Source: Gordius albopunctatus
Taxonomy: Eukaryota
DNA length: 64,000 bases
Reading direction: 5' to 3'
Assembly: GCA_964276515.1 (NCBI GenBank)
Contig: OZ193910.1
Coordinates: 8,122,001 to 8,186,000, forward strand
Below the pieces are notes generated by a model, which was given only the letters and a program-made list of their open reading frames with translations, searched no databases and was not told where the DNA came from. Position 1 is the stretch's first letter, and every line of letters starts with the position of its first letter. Below, piece after piece: positions 14,391 through 27,600 of this stretch. Position numbers and translations under genes: made by a program.

Positions 14391-14588
14391 TGAGTAAAAA
14401 GAGTTTTAAACTCCTTTTATATACTCGTGAATTAATTGAATAAATCAATCAAGTTTAGTGGTGTCTATAAATAAATCAATTACGCGAGGTATAAATAAAT
14501 CAATTTAACGTCGTAAAGTAGTAAGGTAATGTAAATTAGACAATTAAGTTAATTGACGCAACACCTCCGCGAGGTATAGGACGCAACA
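14391..14588. repeat. LTR-like direct repeat, copy 2 (198 bp), forming the right end of the insertion
   Basis: Identical to 14070-14267 and followed directly by the duplicated CAAC. Confidence 0.95.
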
Positions 14589-17500
14589 CAACTAATCGCA
14601 ACAATATAACGTTGTCTTTTCTCAAAATGATTGTTCTCGCAGCTTAAAACTTCTTATAAGGAGTCGATCGAGAATAATAGGATTCTCAAATGAGCTTACT
14701 TTTATATTTTTTTTCAAAATTTTTTACATAAAATAACAAAAAATATATTTTTTTAGCTCCGAATAATTCACAATTTTTTCCTTTCAAATCATATTCATCC
14801 GATGAAAGTTGTTATTTTCAGACGTGATTTCCATGATAAAAAGTTAAATTTTATCAGAATTAGAGAACTATTACTTTTAAATAATCATCGCATAGAGAAT
14901 GTTTTAAAAATTAAGCAATCACGTTGCGATACAACAAACTAATCGCAACAATATAACGTTGTCTTTTCTCAAAATGATAGTTCTCGTAGCTTGAAACTTC
15001 TTATATTGAGTCGATCGAGAAAAATAGGATTCTCAAATGAGCTTACTTTTTTATATTTTTTCAAGCTCTTTTACATAAAATAACAAAAAATATATTTTTT
15101 CAGGTCAAAATAATTCAAAATTTTTTCCTTTCAACCATATTCAACCGATGAAAGTTTTTATTTTCAGACGTGATTTCCATGATAAAAAGTCAAAATTTAT
15201 CAGAATTAGAGAACTATTACTTTTAAATCATCATCGCATAGAGCATTTTTCAAAGATTAAGCACTCACGTTGCGATACAACAAACTAATCGCAACAATAT
15301 AACGTTGTCTTTTCTCAAAATGATAGTTCTCGTAGCTTGAAACTTCTTATATTGAGTCGATCGAGAAAAATAGGATTCTCAAATGAGCTTACTTTTTTAT
15401 ATTTTTTCAAGCTCTTTTACATAAAATAACAAAAAATATATTTTTTCAGGTCAAAATAATTCAAAATTTTTTCCTTTCAACCATATTCAACCGATGAAAG
15501 TTTTTATTTTCAGACGTGATTTCCATGATAAAAAGTCAAAATTTATCAGAATTAGAGAACTATTACTTTTAAATCATCATCGCATAGAGCATTTTTCAAA
15601 GATTAAGCACTCACGTTGCGATACAACAAACTAATCGCAACAATATAACGTTGTCTTTTCTCAAAATTATAGTTCTCGCCGCTTGAAACTTCTTATATGG
15701 AGTCGATCGAGAATAATAGGATTCTCAAATGAGCTTACTTTTATATATTTTTTCAAGCTCTTTTACATAAAATAACAAAAATTATATTTTTTTAGCTCCG
15801 AATAATTCACAATTTTTTCCTTTCAAATCATATTCATCCGATGAAAGTTGTTATTTTCAGACGTGATTTCCATGATAAAAAGTTAAAATTTATCAGAATT
15901 AGAGAACTATTACTTTTAAATCATCATCGCATAGAGCATTTTTCAAAAATTAAGCACTCACGTTGCGATACAACAAACTAATCGCAACAATATAACGTTC
16001 TCCTTTTCTCAAAATGATTGTTCTCGCAGCTTGAAACTTCTTATATGGAGTCGATCGAGAATAATAGGATTCTCAAATGAGCTTACTTTTTTATATTTTT
16101 TCAAGCTCTTTTACATAAAATAACAAAAAATATATTTTTTCAGGTTAAAATAATTCACAATTTTTTCCTTTCAACCATATTCATCCGATGAAAGTTTTTA
16201 TTTTCAGACGTGATTTCCATGATAAAAAGTCAAAATTTATCAGAATTAGAAAACTATTACTTTTAAATCATCATCGCATAGAGCATTTTTCAAAAATTAA
16301 GCACTCACGTTGCGATACAACAAACTAATCGCAACAATATAACGTTGTCTTTTCTCAAAATGATAGTTCTCGCAGCTTGAAACTTCTTATATGGAGTCGA
16401 TCGAGAATAATAGGATTCTCAAATGAGCTTCTTTTAAATATTTTTTCAAGCTCTTTTACATAAAATAACAAAAATTATATTTTTGTAGCTCCGAATAATT
16501 CACAATTTTTTCCTTTCAAACATATTCATCCGATTAAAGTTGTTATTTTCAGACGTGATTTCCATGATAAAAAGTTAAAATTTATCAGAATTAGAGAACT
16601 ATTACTTTGAAATAATCATCGCATAGAGAATGTTTTAAAAATTAAGCAATCACGTTGCGATACAACAAACTAATCGCAACAATATAACGTTGTCTTTTCT
16701 CAAAATGATAGTTCTCGTAGCTTGAAACTTCTTATATGGAGTCGATCGAGAATAATAGGATTCTCAAATGAGCTTACTTTTATATATTTTTTCAAGCTAT
16801 TTTACATAAAATAACAAAATATATATTTTTTCAGGTTAAAATAATTCACAATTTTTTCCTTTCAACCATATTCAACCGATGAAAGTTTTTATTTTCAGAC
16901 GTGATTTCCATGATAAAAAGTCAAAATTTATCAGAATTAGAGAAATATTACTTTTAAATCATCATCGCATAGAGCATTTTTCAAAGATTAAGCACTCACG
17001 TTGCGATACAACAAACTAATCGCAACAATATAACGTTGTCTTTTCTCAAAATGATAGTTCTCGCAGCTTGAAATTTCCTATATGGAGTCGATCGAGAAAA
17101 ATAGGATTCTCAAATGAGCTTACTTTTTTATATTTTTTCAAGCTCTTTTACATAAAATAACAAAAAATATATTTTTTCAGGTCAAAATAATTCACAATTT
17201 TTTCCTTTCAACCATATTCAACCGATGAAAGTTTTTATTTTCAGACGTGATTTCCATGATAAAAAGTCAAAATTTATCAGAATTAGAAAACTATTACTTT
17301 TAAATCATCATCGCATAGAGCATTTTTCAAAAATTAAGCACTCACGTTGCGATACAACAAACTAATCGCAACAATATAACGTTGTCTTTTCTCAAAATTA
17401 TAGTTCTCGCCGCTTGAAACTTCTTATATGGAGTCGATCGAGAATAATAGGATTCTCAAATGAGCTTATTTTATATATTTTTTCAAGCTCTTTTACATAA

Positions 17501-18056
17501 AATAATAAAAATTATATTTTTTTAGCTCCGAATAATTCACAATTTTTTCCTTTCAAATCATATTCATCCGATGAAAGTTGTTATTTTCAGACGTGATTTC
17601 CATGATAAAAAGTTAAAATTTATCAGAATTAGAGAACTATTACTGTGAAATCATCATCGCATAGAGAATGTTTCAAAAATATAAACATTCACGTTGCGAT
17701 ACAACAAACTAATCGCAACAATATAACGTTGTCTTTTCTCAAAATGATAGTTCTCGCAGCTTGAAACTTCTTATATGGAGTCGATCGAGAAAAATAGGAT
17801 TCTCAAATGAGCTTACTTTTTTATATTTTTTCAAGCTCTTTTACATAAAATAACAAAAAATATATTTTTTCAGGTCAAAATAATTCAAAATTTTTTCCTT
17901 TCAACCATATTCAACCGATGAAAGTTTTTATTTTCAGACGTGATTTCCATGATAAAAAGTCAAAATTTATCAGAATTAGAGAACTATTACTTTTAAATCA
18001 TCATCGCATAGAGCATTTTTCAAAGATTAAGCACTCACGTTGCGATACAACAAACT

Positions 18057-21000
18057 AATCGCAACAATATAACGTTGTCTTTTCTCAAAATTATAGTTCT
18101 CGCCGCTTGAAACTTCTTATATGGAGTCGATCGAGAATAATAGGATTCTCAAATGAGCTTATTTTATATATTTTTTCAAGCTCTTTTACATAAAATAATA
18201 AAAATTATATTTTTTTAGCTCCGAATAATTCACAATTTTTTCCTTTCAAATCATATTCATCCGATGAAAGTTGTTATTTTCAGACGTGATTTCCATGATA
18301 AAAAGTTAAAATTTATCAGAATTAGAGAACTATTACTGTGAAATCATCATCGCATAGAGAATGTTTCAAAAATATAAACATTCACGTTGCGATACAACAA
18401 ACTAATCGCAACAAAATAACGTTGTCTTTTCTCAAAATGATAGTTCTCGCCGCTTGAAACTTCTTATATGGAGTCGATCGAGAATAATAGGATTCTCAAA
18501 TGAGCTTCTTTTAAATATTTTTTCAAGCTCTTTTACATAAAATAACAAAAATTATATTTTTGTAGCTCCGAATAATTCACAATTTTTTCCTTTCAAACAT
18601 ATTCATCCGATGAAAGTTGTTATTTTCAGACGTGATTTCCATGATAAAAAGTTAAAATTTATCAGAATTAGAGAACTATTACTTTTAAATAATCATCGCA
18701 TAGAGAATGTTTTAAAAATTAAGCAATCACGTTGCGATACAACAAACTAATCGCAACAATATAACGTTGTCTTTTCTCAAAATGATAGTTCTCGTAGCTT
18801 GAAACTTCTTATATGGAGTCGATCGAGAATAATAGGATTCTCAAATGAGCTTACTTTTATATATTTTTTCAAGCTATTTTACATAAAATAACAAAAAATA
18901 TATTTTTCCAGGTTAAAATAATTCACAATTTTTTCCTTTCAACCATATTCAACCGATTAAAGTTTTTATTTTCAGACGTGATTTCCATGATAAAAAGTCA
19001 AAATTTATCAGAATTAGAGAAATATTACTTTTAAATCATCATCGCATAGAGCATTTTTCAAAGATTAAGCACTCACGTTGCGATACAACAAACTAATCGC
19101 AACAATATAACGTTGTCTTTTCTCAAAATGATAGTTCTCGCAGCTTGAAATTTCCTATATGGAGTCGATCGAGAAAAATAGGATTCTCAAATGAGCTTAC
19201 TTTTTTATATTTTTTCAAGCTCTTTTACATAAAATAACAAAAAATATATTTTTTAAAGGTCAAAATAATTCACAATTTTTTCCTTTCAACCATATTCAAC
19301 CGATGAAAGTTTTTATTTTCAGACGTGATTTCCATGATAAAAAGTCAAAATTTATCAGAATTAGAAAACTATTACTTTTAAATCATCATCGCATAGAGCA
19401 TTTTTCAAAAATTAAGCACTCACGTTGCGATACAAAAAACTAATCGCAACAATATAACGTTGTCTTTTCTCAAAATGATAGTTCTCGCAGCTTGAAACTT
19501 CTTATATGGAGTCGATCGAGAAAAATAGGATTCTCAAATGAGCTTACTTTTTTATATTTTTTCAAGCTCTTTTACATAAAATAACAAAAAATATATTTTT
19601 TCAGGTCAAAATAATTCAAAATTTTTTCCTTTCAACCATATTCAACCGATGAAAGTTTTTATTTTCAGACGTGATTTCCATGATAAAAAGTCAAAATTTA
19701 TCAGAATTAGAGAACTATTACTTTTAAATCATCATCGCATAGAGCATTTTTCAAAGATTAAGCACTCACGTTGCGATACAACAAAGCAATCGCAACAATA
19801 TAACGTTGTCTTTTCTCAAAATTATAGTTCTCGCCGCTTGAAACTTCTTATATGGAGTCGATCGAGAATAATAGGATTCTCAAATGAGCTTATTTTATAT
19901 ATTTTTTCAAGCTCTTTTACATAAAATAATAAAAATTATATTTTTTTAGCTCCGAATAATTCACAATTTTTTCCTTTCAAATCATATTCATCCGATGAAA
20001 GTTGTTATTTTCAGACGTGATTTCCATGATAAAAAGTTAAAATTTATCAGAATTAGAGAACTATTACTGTGAAATCATCATCGCATAGAGAATGTTTCAA
20101 AAATATAAACATTCACGTTGCGATACAACAAACTAATCGCAACAAAATAACGTTGTCTTTTCTCAAAATGATAGTTCTCGCCGCTTGAAACTTCTTATAT
20201 GGAGTCGATCGAGAATAATAGGATTCTCAAATGAGCTTCTTTTAAATATTTTTTCAAGCTCTTTTACATAAAATAACAAAAATTATATTTTTGTAGCTCC
20301 GAATAATTCACAATTTTTTCCTTTCAAACATATTCATCCGATGAAAGTTGTTATTTTCAGACGTGATTTCCATGATAAAAAGTTAAAATTTATCAGAATT
20401 AGAGAACTATTACTTTTAAATAATCATCGCATAGAGAATGTTTTAAAAATTAAGCAATCACGTTGCGATACAACAAACTAATCGCAACAATATAACGTTG
20501 TCTTTTCTCAAAATGATAGTTCTCGTAGCTTGAAACTTCTTATATGGAGTCGATCGAGAATAATAGGATTCTCAAATGAGCTTACTTTTATATATTTTTT
20601 CAAGCTATTTTACATAAAATAACAAAAAATATATTTTTCCAGGTTAAAATAATTCACAATTTTTTCCTTTCAACCATATTCAACCGATTAAAGTTTTTAT
20701 TTTCAGACGTGATTTCCATGATAAAAAGTCAAAATTTATCAGAATTAGAGAAATATTACTTTTAAATCATCATCGCATAGAGCATTTTTCAAAGATTAAG
20801 CACTCACGTTGCGATACAACAAACTAATCGCAACAATATAACGTTGTCTTTTCTCAAAATGATAGTTCTCGCAGCTTGAAATTTCCTATATGGAGTCGAT
20901 CGAGAAAAATAGGATTCTCAAATGAGCTTACTTTTTTATATTTTTTCAAGCTCTTTTACATAAAATAACAAAAAATATATTTTTTAAAGGTCAAAATAAT

Positions 21001-21660
21001 TCACAATTTTTTCCTTTCAACCATATTCAACCGATGAAAGTTTTTATTTTCAGACGTGATTTCCATGATAAAAAGTCAAAATTTATCAGAATTAGAAAAC
21101 TATTACTTTTAAATCATCATCGCATAGAGCATTTTTCAAAAATTAAGCACTCACGTTGCGATACAAAAAACTAATCGCAACAATATAACGTTGTCTTTTC
21201 TCAAAATGATAGTTCTCGCAGCTTGAAACTTCTTATATGGAGTCGATCGAGAAAAATAGGATTCTCAAATGAGCTTACTTTTTTATATTTTTTCAAGCTC
21301 TTTTACATAAAATAACAAAAAATATATTTTTTCAGGTCAAAATAATTCAAAATTTTTTCCTTTCAACCATATTCAACCGATGAAAGTTTTTATTTTCAGA
21401 CGTGATTTCCATGATAAAAAGTCAAAATTTATCAGAATTAGAGAACTATTACTTTTAAATCATCATCGCATAGAGCATTTTTCAAAGATTAAGCACTCAC
21501 GTTGCGATACAACAAAGCAATCGCAACAATATAACGTTGTCTTTTCTCAAAATTATAGTTCTCGCCGCTTGAAACTTCTTATATGGAGTCGATCGAGAAT
21601 AATAGGATTCTCAAATGAGCTTATTTTATATATTTTTTCAAGCTCTTTTACATAAAATAA
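18057..21660. repeat. Tandem 5-monomer duplication (period 1731 bp)
   Basis: Markers TTTTAAAGGTC (19251/20982), TACAAAAAAC (19431/21162) and ACAAAGCAATC (19781/21512); the identical ORFs at 19649 and 21380 are 1731 apart. Confidence 0.88.
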
Positions 21661-24600
21661 CAAAAATTATATTTTTTTAGCTCCGAATAATTCACAATTT
21701 TTTCCTTTCAAATCATATTCATCCGATGAAAGTTGTTATTTTCAGACGTGATTTCCATGATAAAAAGTTAAAATTTATCAGAATTAGAGAACTATTACTT
21801 TTAAATAATCATCGCATAGAGAATGTTTTAAAAATTAAGCAATCACGTTGCGATACAACAAACTAATCGCAACAATATAACGTTGTCTTTTCTCAAAATG
21901 ATAGTTCTCGTAGCTTGAAACTTCTTATATGGAGTCGATCGAGAATAATAGGATTCTCAAATGAGCTTACTTTTATATATTTTTTCAAGCTATTTTACAT
22001 AAAATAACAAAAATTATATTTTTGTAGCTCCGAATAATTCACAATTTTTTCCTTTCAAACATATTCATCCGATGAAAGTTGTTATTTTCAGACGTGATTT
22101 CCATGATAAAAAGTTAAAATTTATCAGAATTAGAGAACTATTACTTTGAAATAATCATCGCATAGAGAATGTTTTAAAAATTAAGCAATCACGTTGCGAT
22201 ACAACAAACTAATCGCAACAATATAACGTTGTCTTTTCTCAAAATGATAGTTCTCGTAGCTTGAAACTTCTTATATGGAGTCGATCGAGAATAATAGGAT
22301 TCTCAAATGAGGTTACTTTTATATATTTTTTCAAGCTATTTTACATAAAATAACAAAAAATATATTTTTCCAGGTTAAAATAATTCACAATTTTTTCCTT
22401 TCAACCATATTCAACCGATGAAAGTTGTTATTTTCAGACGTGATTTCCATGATAAAAAGTTAAAATTTATCAGAATTAGAGAACCATTACTTTTAAATCA
22501 TCATCGCATACAGCATGTTTTAAAAATTAAGCACTAACGTTGCGATACAACTAATCGCAACAATATAACGTTGTCTTTTCTCAAAATGATTGTTCTCGCA
22601 GCTTAAAACTTCTTATAAGGAGTCGATCGAGAATAATAGGATTCTCAAATGAGCTTACTTTTATATTTTTTTTCAAAATTTTTTACATAAAATAACAAAA
22701 AATATATTTTTTTAGCTCCGAATAATTCACAATTTTTTCCTTTCAAATCATATTCATCCGATGAAAGTTGTTATTTTCAGACGTGATTTCCATGATAAAA
22801 AGTTAAATTTTATCAGAATTAGAGAACTATTACTTTTAAATAATCATCGCATAGAGAATGTTTTAAAAATTAAGCAATCACGTTGCGATACAACAAACTA
22901 ATCGCAACAATATAACGTTGTCTTTTCTCAAAATGATAGTTCTCGTAGCTTGAAACTTCTTATATTGAGTCGATCGAGAAAAATAGGATTCTCAAATGAG
23001 CTTACTTTTTTATATTTTTTCAAGCTCTTTTACATAAAATAACAAAAAATATATTTTTTCAGGTCAAAATAATTCACAATTTTTTCCTTTCAACCATATT
23101 CAACAGATGAAAGTTGTTATTTTCAGACGTGATTTCCATGATAAAAAGTTAAAATTTATCAGAATTAGAGAACCATTACTTTTAAATCATCATCGCATAC
23201 AGCATGTTTTAAAAATTAAGCACTAACGTTGCGATACAACTAATCGCAACAATATAACGTTGTCTTTTCTCAAAATGATTGTTCTCGCAGCTTAAAACTT
23301 CTTATAAGGAGTCGATCGAGAATAATAGGATTCTCAAATGAGCTTACTTTTATATTTTTTTTCAAAATTTTTTACATAAAATAACAAAAAATATATTTTT
23401 TTAGCTCCGAATAATTCACAATTTTTTCCTTTCAAATCATATTCATCCGATGAAAGTTGTTATTTTCAGACGTGATTTCCATGATAAAAAGTTAAATTTT
23501 ATCAGAATTAGAGAACTATTACTTTGAAATTATCATCGCATAGAGCATGTTTCAAAAATTAAGCACTCACTTTGCGATACAACAAACTAATCGCAACAAT
23601 ATAACGTTGTCTTTTCTCAAAATGATTGTTCTCGCAGCTTAAAACTTCTAATAAGGAGTCGATCGAGAATAATAGGATTCTCAAATGAGCTTACTTTTAT
23701 ATATTTTATCAAGTTCTTTTACATAAAATAACAAAAAATATATTTTTTCAGGTTAAAATAATTCACAATTTTTTCCTTTCAACCATATTCAACAGATGAA
23801 AGTTGTTATTTTCAGACGTGATTTCCATGATAAAAAGTTAAAATTTATCAGAATTAGAGAACCATTACTTTTAAATCATCATCGCATACAGCATGTTTTA
23901 AAAATTAAGCACTAACGTTGCGATACAACTAATCGCAACAATATAACGTTGTCTTTTCTCAAAATGATTGTTCTCGCAGCTTAAAACTTCTTATAAGGAG
24001 TCGATCGAGATTAATAGGATTCTCAAATGAGCTTACTTTTATATATTTTTTCAAGCTCTTTTACATAAAATAACAAAAAATATATTTTTTCAGGTTAAAA
24101 TAATTCACAATTTTTTCCTTTCAACCATATTCAACAGATGAAAGTTGTTATTTTCAGACGTGATTTCCATGATAAAAAGTTAAAATTTATCAGAATTAGA
24201 GAACCATTACTTTTAAATCATCATCGCATACAGCATGTTTTAAAAATTAAGCACTAACGTTGCGATACAACTAATCGCAACAATATAACGTTGTCTTTTC
24301 TCAAAATGATTGTTCTCGCAGCTTAAAACTTCTTATAAGGAGTCGATCGAGAATAATAGGATTCTCAAATGAGCTTACTTTTATATTTTTTTTCAAAATT
24401 TTTTACATAAAATAACAAAAAATATATTTTTTTAGCTCCGAATAATTCACAATTTTTTCCTTTCAAATCATATTCATCCGATGAAAGTTGTTATTTTCAG
24501 ACGTGATTTCCATGATAAAAAGTTAAATTTTATCAGAATTAGAGAACTATTACTTTTAAATAATCATCGCATAGAGAATGTTTTAAAAATTAAGCAATCA

Positions 24601-27600
24601 CGTTGCGATACAACAAACTAATCGCAACAATATAACGTTGTCTTTTCTCAAAATGATAGTTCTCGTAGCTTGAAACTTCTTATATTGAGTCGATCGAGAA
24701 AAATAGGATTCTCAAATGAGCTTACTTTTTTATATTTTTTCAAGCTCTTTTACATAAAATAACAAAAAATATATTTTTTCAGGTCAAAATAATTCAAAAT
24801 TTTTTCCTTTCAACCATATTCAACCGATGAAAGTTTTTATTTTCAGACGTGATTTCCATGATAAAAAGTCAAAATTTATCAGAATTAGAGAACTATTACT
24901 TTTAAATCATCATCGCATAGAGCATTTTTCAAAGATTAAGCACTCACGTTGCGATACAACAAACTAATCGCAACAATATAACGTTGTCTTTTCTCAAAAT
25001 GATAGTTCTCGTAGCTTGAAACTTCTTATATTGAGTCGATCGAGAAAAATAGGATTCTCAAATGAGCTTACTTTTTTATATTTTTTCAAGCTCTTTTACA
25101 TAAAATAACAAAAAATATATTTTTTCAGGTCAAAATAATTCAAAATTTTTTCCTTTCAACCATATTCAACCGATGAAAGTTTTTATTTTCAGACGTGATT
25201 TCCATGATAAAAAGTCAAAATTTATCAGAATTAGAGAACTATTACTTTTAAATCATCATCGCATAGAGCATTTTTCAAAGATTAAGCACTCACGTTGCGA
25301 TACAACAAACTAATCGCAACAATATAACGTTGTCTTTTCTCAAAATTATAGTTCTCGCCGCTTGAAACTTCTTATATGGAGTCGATCGAGAATAATAGGA
25401 TTCTCAAATGAGCTTACTTTTATATATTTTTTCAAGCTCTTTTACATAAAATAACAAAAATTATATTTTTTTAGCTCCGAATAATTCACAATTTTTTCCT
25501 TTCAAATCATATTCATCCGATGAAAGTTGTTATTTTCAGACGTGATTTCCATGATAAAAAGTTAAAATTTATCAGAATTAGAGAACTATTACTTTTAAAT
25601 CATCATCGCATAGAGCATTTTTCAAAAATTAAGCACTCACGTTGCGATACAACAAACTAATCGCAACAATATAACGTTCTCCTTTTCTCAAAATGATTGT
25701 TCTCGCAGCTTGAAACTTCTTATATGGAGTCGATCGAGAATAATAGGATTCTCAAATGAGCTTACTTTTTTATATTTTTTCAAGCTCTTTTACATAAAAT
25801 AACAAAAAATATATTTTTTCAGGTTAAAATAATTCACAATTTTTTCCTTTCAACCATATTCATCCGATGAAAGTTTTTATTTTCAGACGTGATTTCCATG
25901 ATAAAAAGTCAAAATTTATCAGAATTAGAAAACTATTACTTTTAAATCATCATCGCATAGAGCATTTTTCAAAAATTAAGCACTCACGTTGCGATACAAC
26001 AAACTAATCGCAACAATATAACGTTGTCTTTTCTCAAAATGATAGTTCTCGCAGCTTGAAACTTCTTATATGGAGTCGATCGAGAATAATAGGATTCTCA
26101 AATGAGCTTCTTTTAAATATTTTTTCAAGCTCTTTTACATAAAATAACAAAAATTATATTTTTGTAGCTCCGAATAATTCACAATTTTTTCCTTTCAAAC
26201 ATATTCATCCGATTAAAGTTGTTATTTTCAGACGTGATTTCCATGATAAAAAGTTAAAATTTATCAGAATTAGAGAACTATTACTTTGAAATAATCATCG
26301 CATAGAGAATGTTTTAAAAATTAAGCAATCACGTTGCGATACAACAAACTAATCGCAACAATATAACGTTGTCTTTTCTCAAAATGATAGTTCTCGTAGC
26401 TTGAAACTTCTTATATGGAGTCGATCGAGAATAATAGGATTCTCAAATGAGCTTACTTTTATATATTTTTTCAAGCTATTTTACATAAAATAACAAAATA
26501 TATATTTTTTCAGGTTAAAATAATTCACAATTTTTTCCTTTCAACCATATTCAACCGATGAAAGTTTTTATTTTCAGACGTGATTTCCATGATAAAAAGT
26601 CAAAATTTATCAGAATTAGAGAAATATTACTTTTAAATCATCATCGCATAGAGCATTTTTCAAAGATTAAGCACTCACGTTGCGATACAACAAACTAATC
26701 GCAACAATATAACGTTGTCTTTTCTCAAAATGATAGTTCTCGCAGCTTGAAATTTCCTATATGGAGTCGATCGAGAAAAATAGGATTCTCAAATGAGCTT
26801 ACTTTTTTATATTTTTTCAAGCTCTTTTACATAAAATAACAAAAAATATATTTTTTCAGGTCAAAATAATTCACAATTTTTTCCTTTCAACCATATTCAA
26901 CCGATGAAAGTTTTTATTTTCAGACGTGATTTCCATGATAAAAAGTCAAAATTTATCAGAATTAGAAAACTATTACTTTTAAATCATCATCGCATAGAGC
27001 ATTTTTCAAAAATTAAGCACTCACGTTGCGATACAACAAACTAATCGCAACAATATAACGTTGTCTTTTCTCAAAATTATAGTTCTCGCCGCTTGAAACT
27101 TCTTATATGGAGTCGATCGAGAATAATAGGATTCTCAAATGAGCTTATTTTATATATTTTTTCAAGCTCTTTTACATAAAATAATAAAAATTATATTTTT
27201 TTAGCTCCGAATAATTCACAATTTTTTCCTTTCAAATCATATTCATCCGATGAAAGTTGTTATTTTCAGACGTGATTTCCATGATAAAAAGTTAAAATTT
27301 ATCAGAATTAGAGAACTATTACTGTGAAATCATCATCGCATAGAGAATGTTTCAAAAATATAAACATTCACGTTGCGATACAACAAACTAATCGCAACAA
27401 TATAACGTTGTCTTTTCTCAAAATGATAGTTCTCGCAGCTTGAAACTTCTTATATGGAGTCGATCGAGAAAAATAGGATTCTCAAATGAGCTTACTTTTT
27501 TATATTTTTTCAAGCTCTTTTACATAAAATAACAAAAAATATATTTTTTCAGGTCAAAATAATTCAAAATTTTTTCCTTTCAACCATATTCAACCGATGA

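Larger units (their letters stand above)
13989..14588. mobile_element. 600-bp non-coding insertion, probably a non-autonomous retroelement (family unassigned), with a 4-bp target duplication CAAC (alternatively 599 bp with a 5-bp ACAAC duplication)
   Basis: Filled site: GCGATA-CAAC[TTTCGGGC...GGACGCAACA]CAAC-TAATCGC. Empty paralogous monomers read GCGATA-CAAC-TAATCGC (CAAC at 12265 and 24268). The offset to the downstream paralogue changes from 10283 to 9679 across the site, a difference of 604 bp. Contains two identical 198-bp direct repeats and a long T tract; no ORF in the track. Confidence 0.88.

Noticed and set aside
13989..14588. Hammerhead ribozyme / retrozyme
   Set aside because: No CTGA core found on either strand of the insertion. 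In the satellite the similar motif is usually CCGATGA or CCAATGA; CTGATGA was seen only once (~10059).
14070..14588. Canonical intact LTR element or TRIM bounded by the two repeats
   Set aside because: The bases flanking the repeat pair (TAAG left, CAAC right) are not duplicated, the real duplication includes 81 more bp, there is no adjacent PBS, and the only purine tract precedes the first rather than the second repeat.
13989..14588. MITE/TIR transposon or Helitron
   Set aside because: The termini (TTTCGGG... and ...CGCAACA) are not inverted repeats, there are no 5'-TC/CTRR-3' ends, and a target duplication is present, unlike Helitrons.
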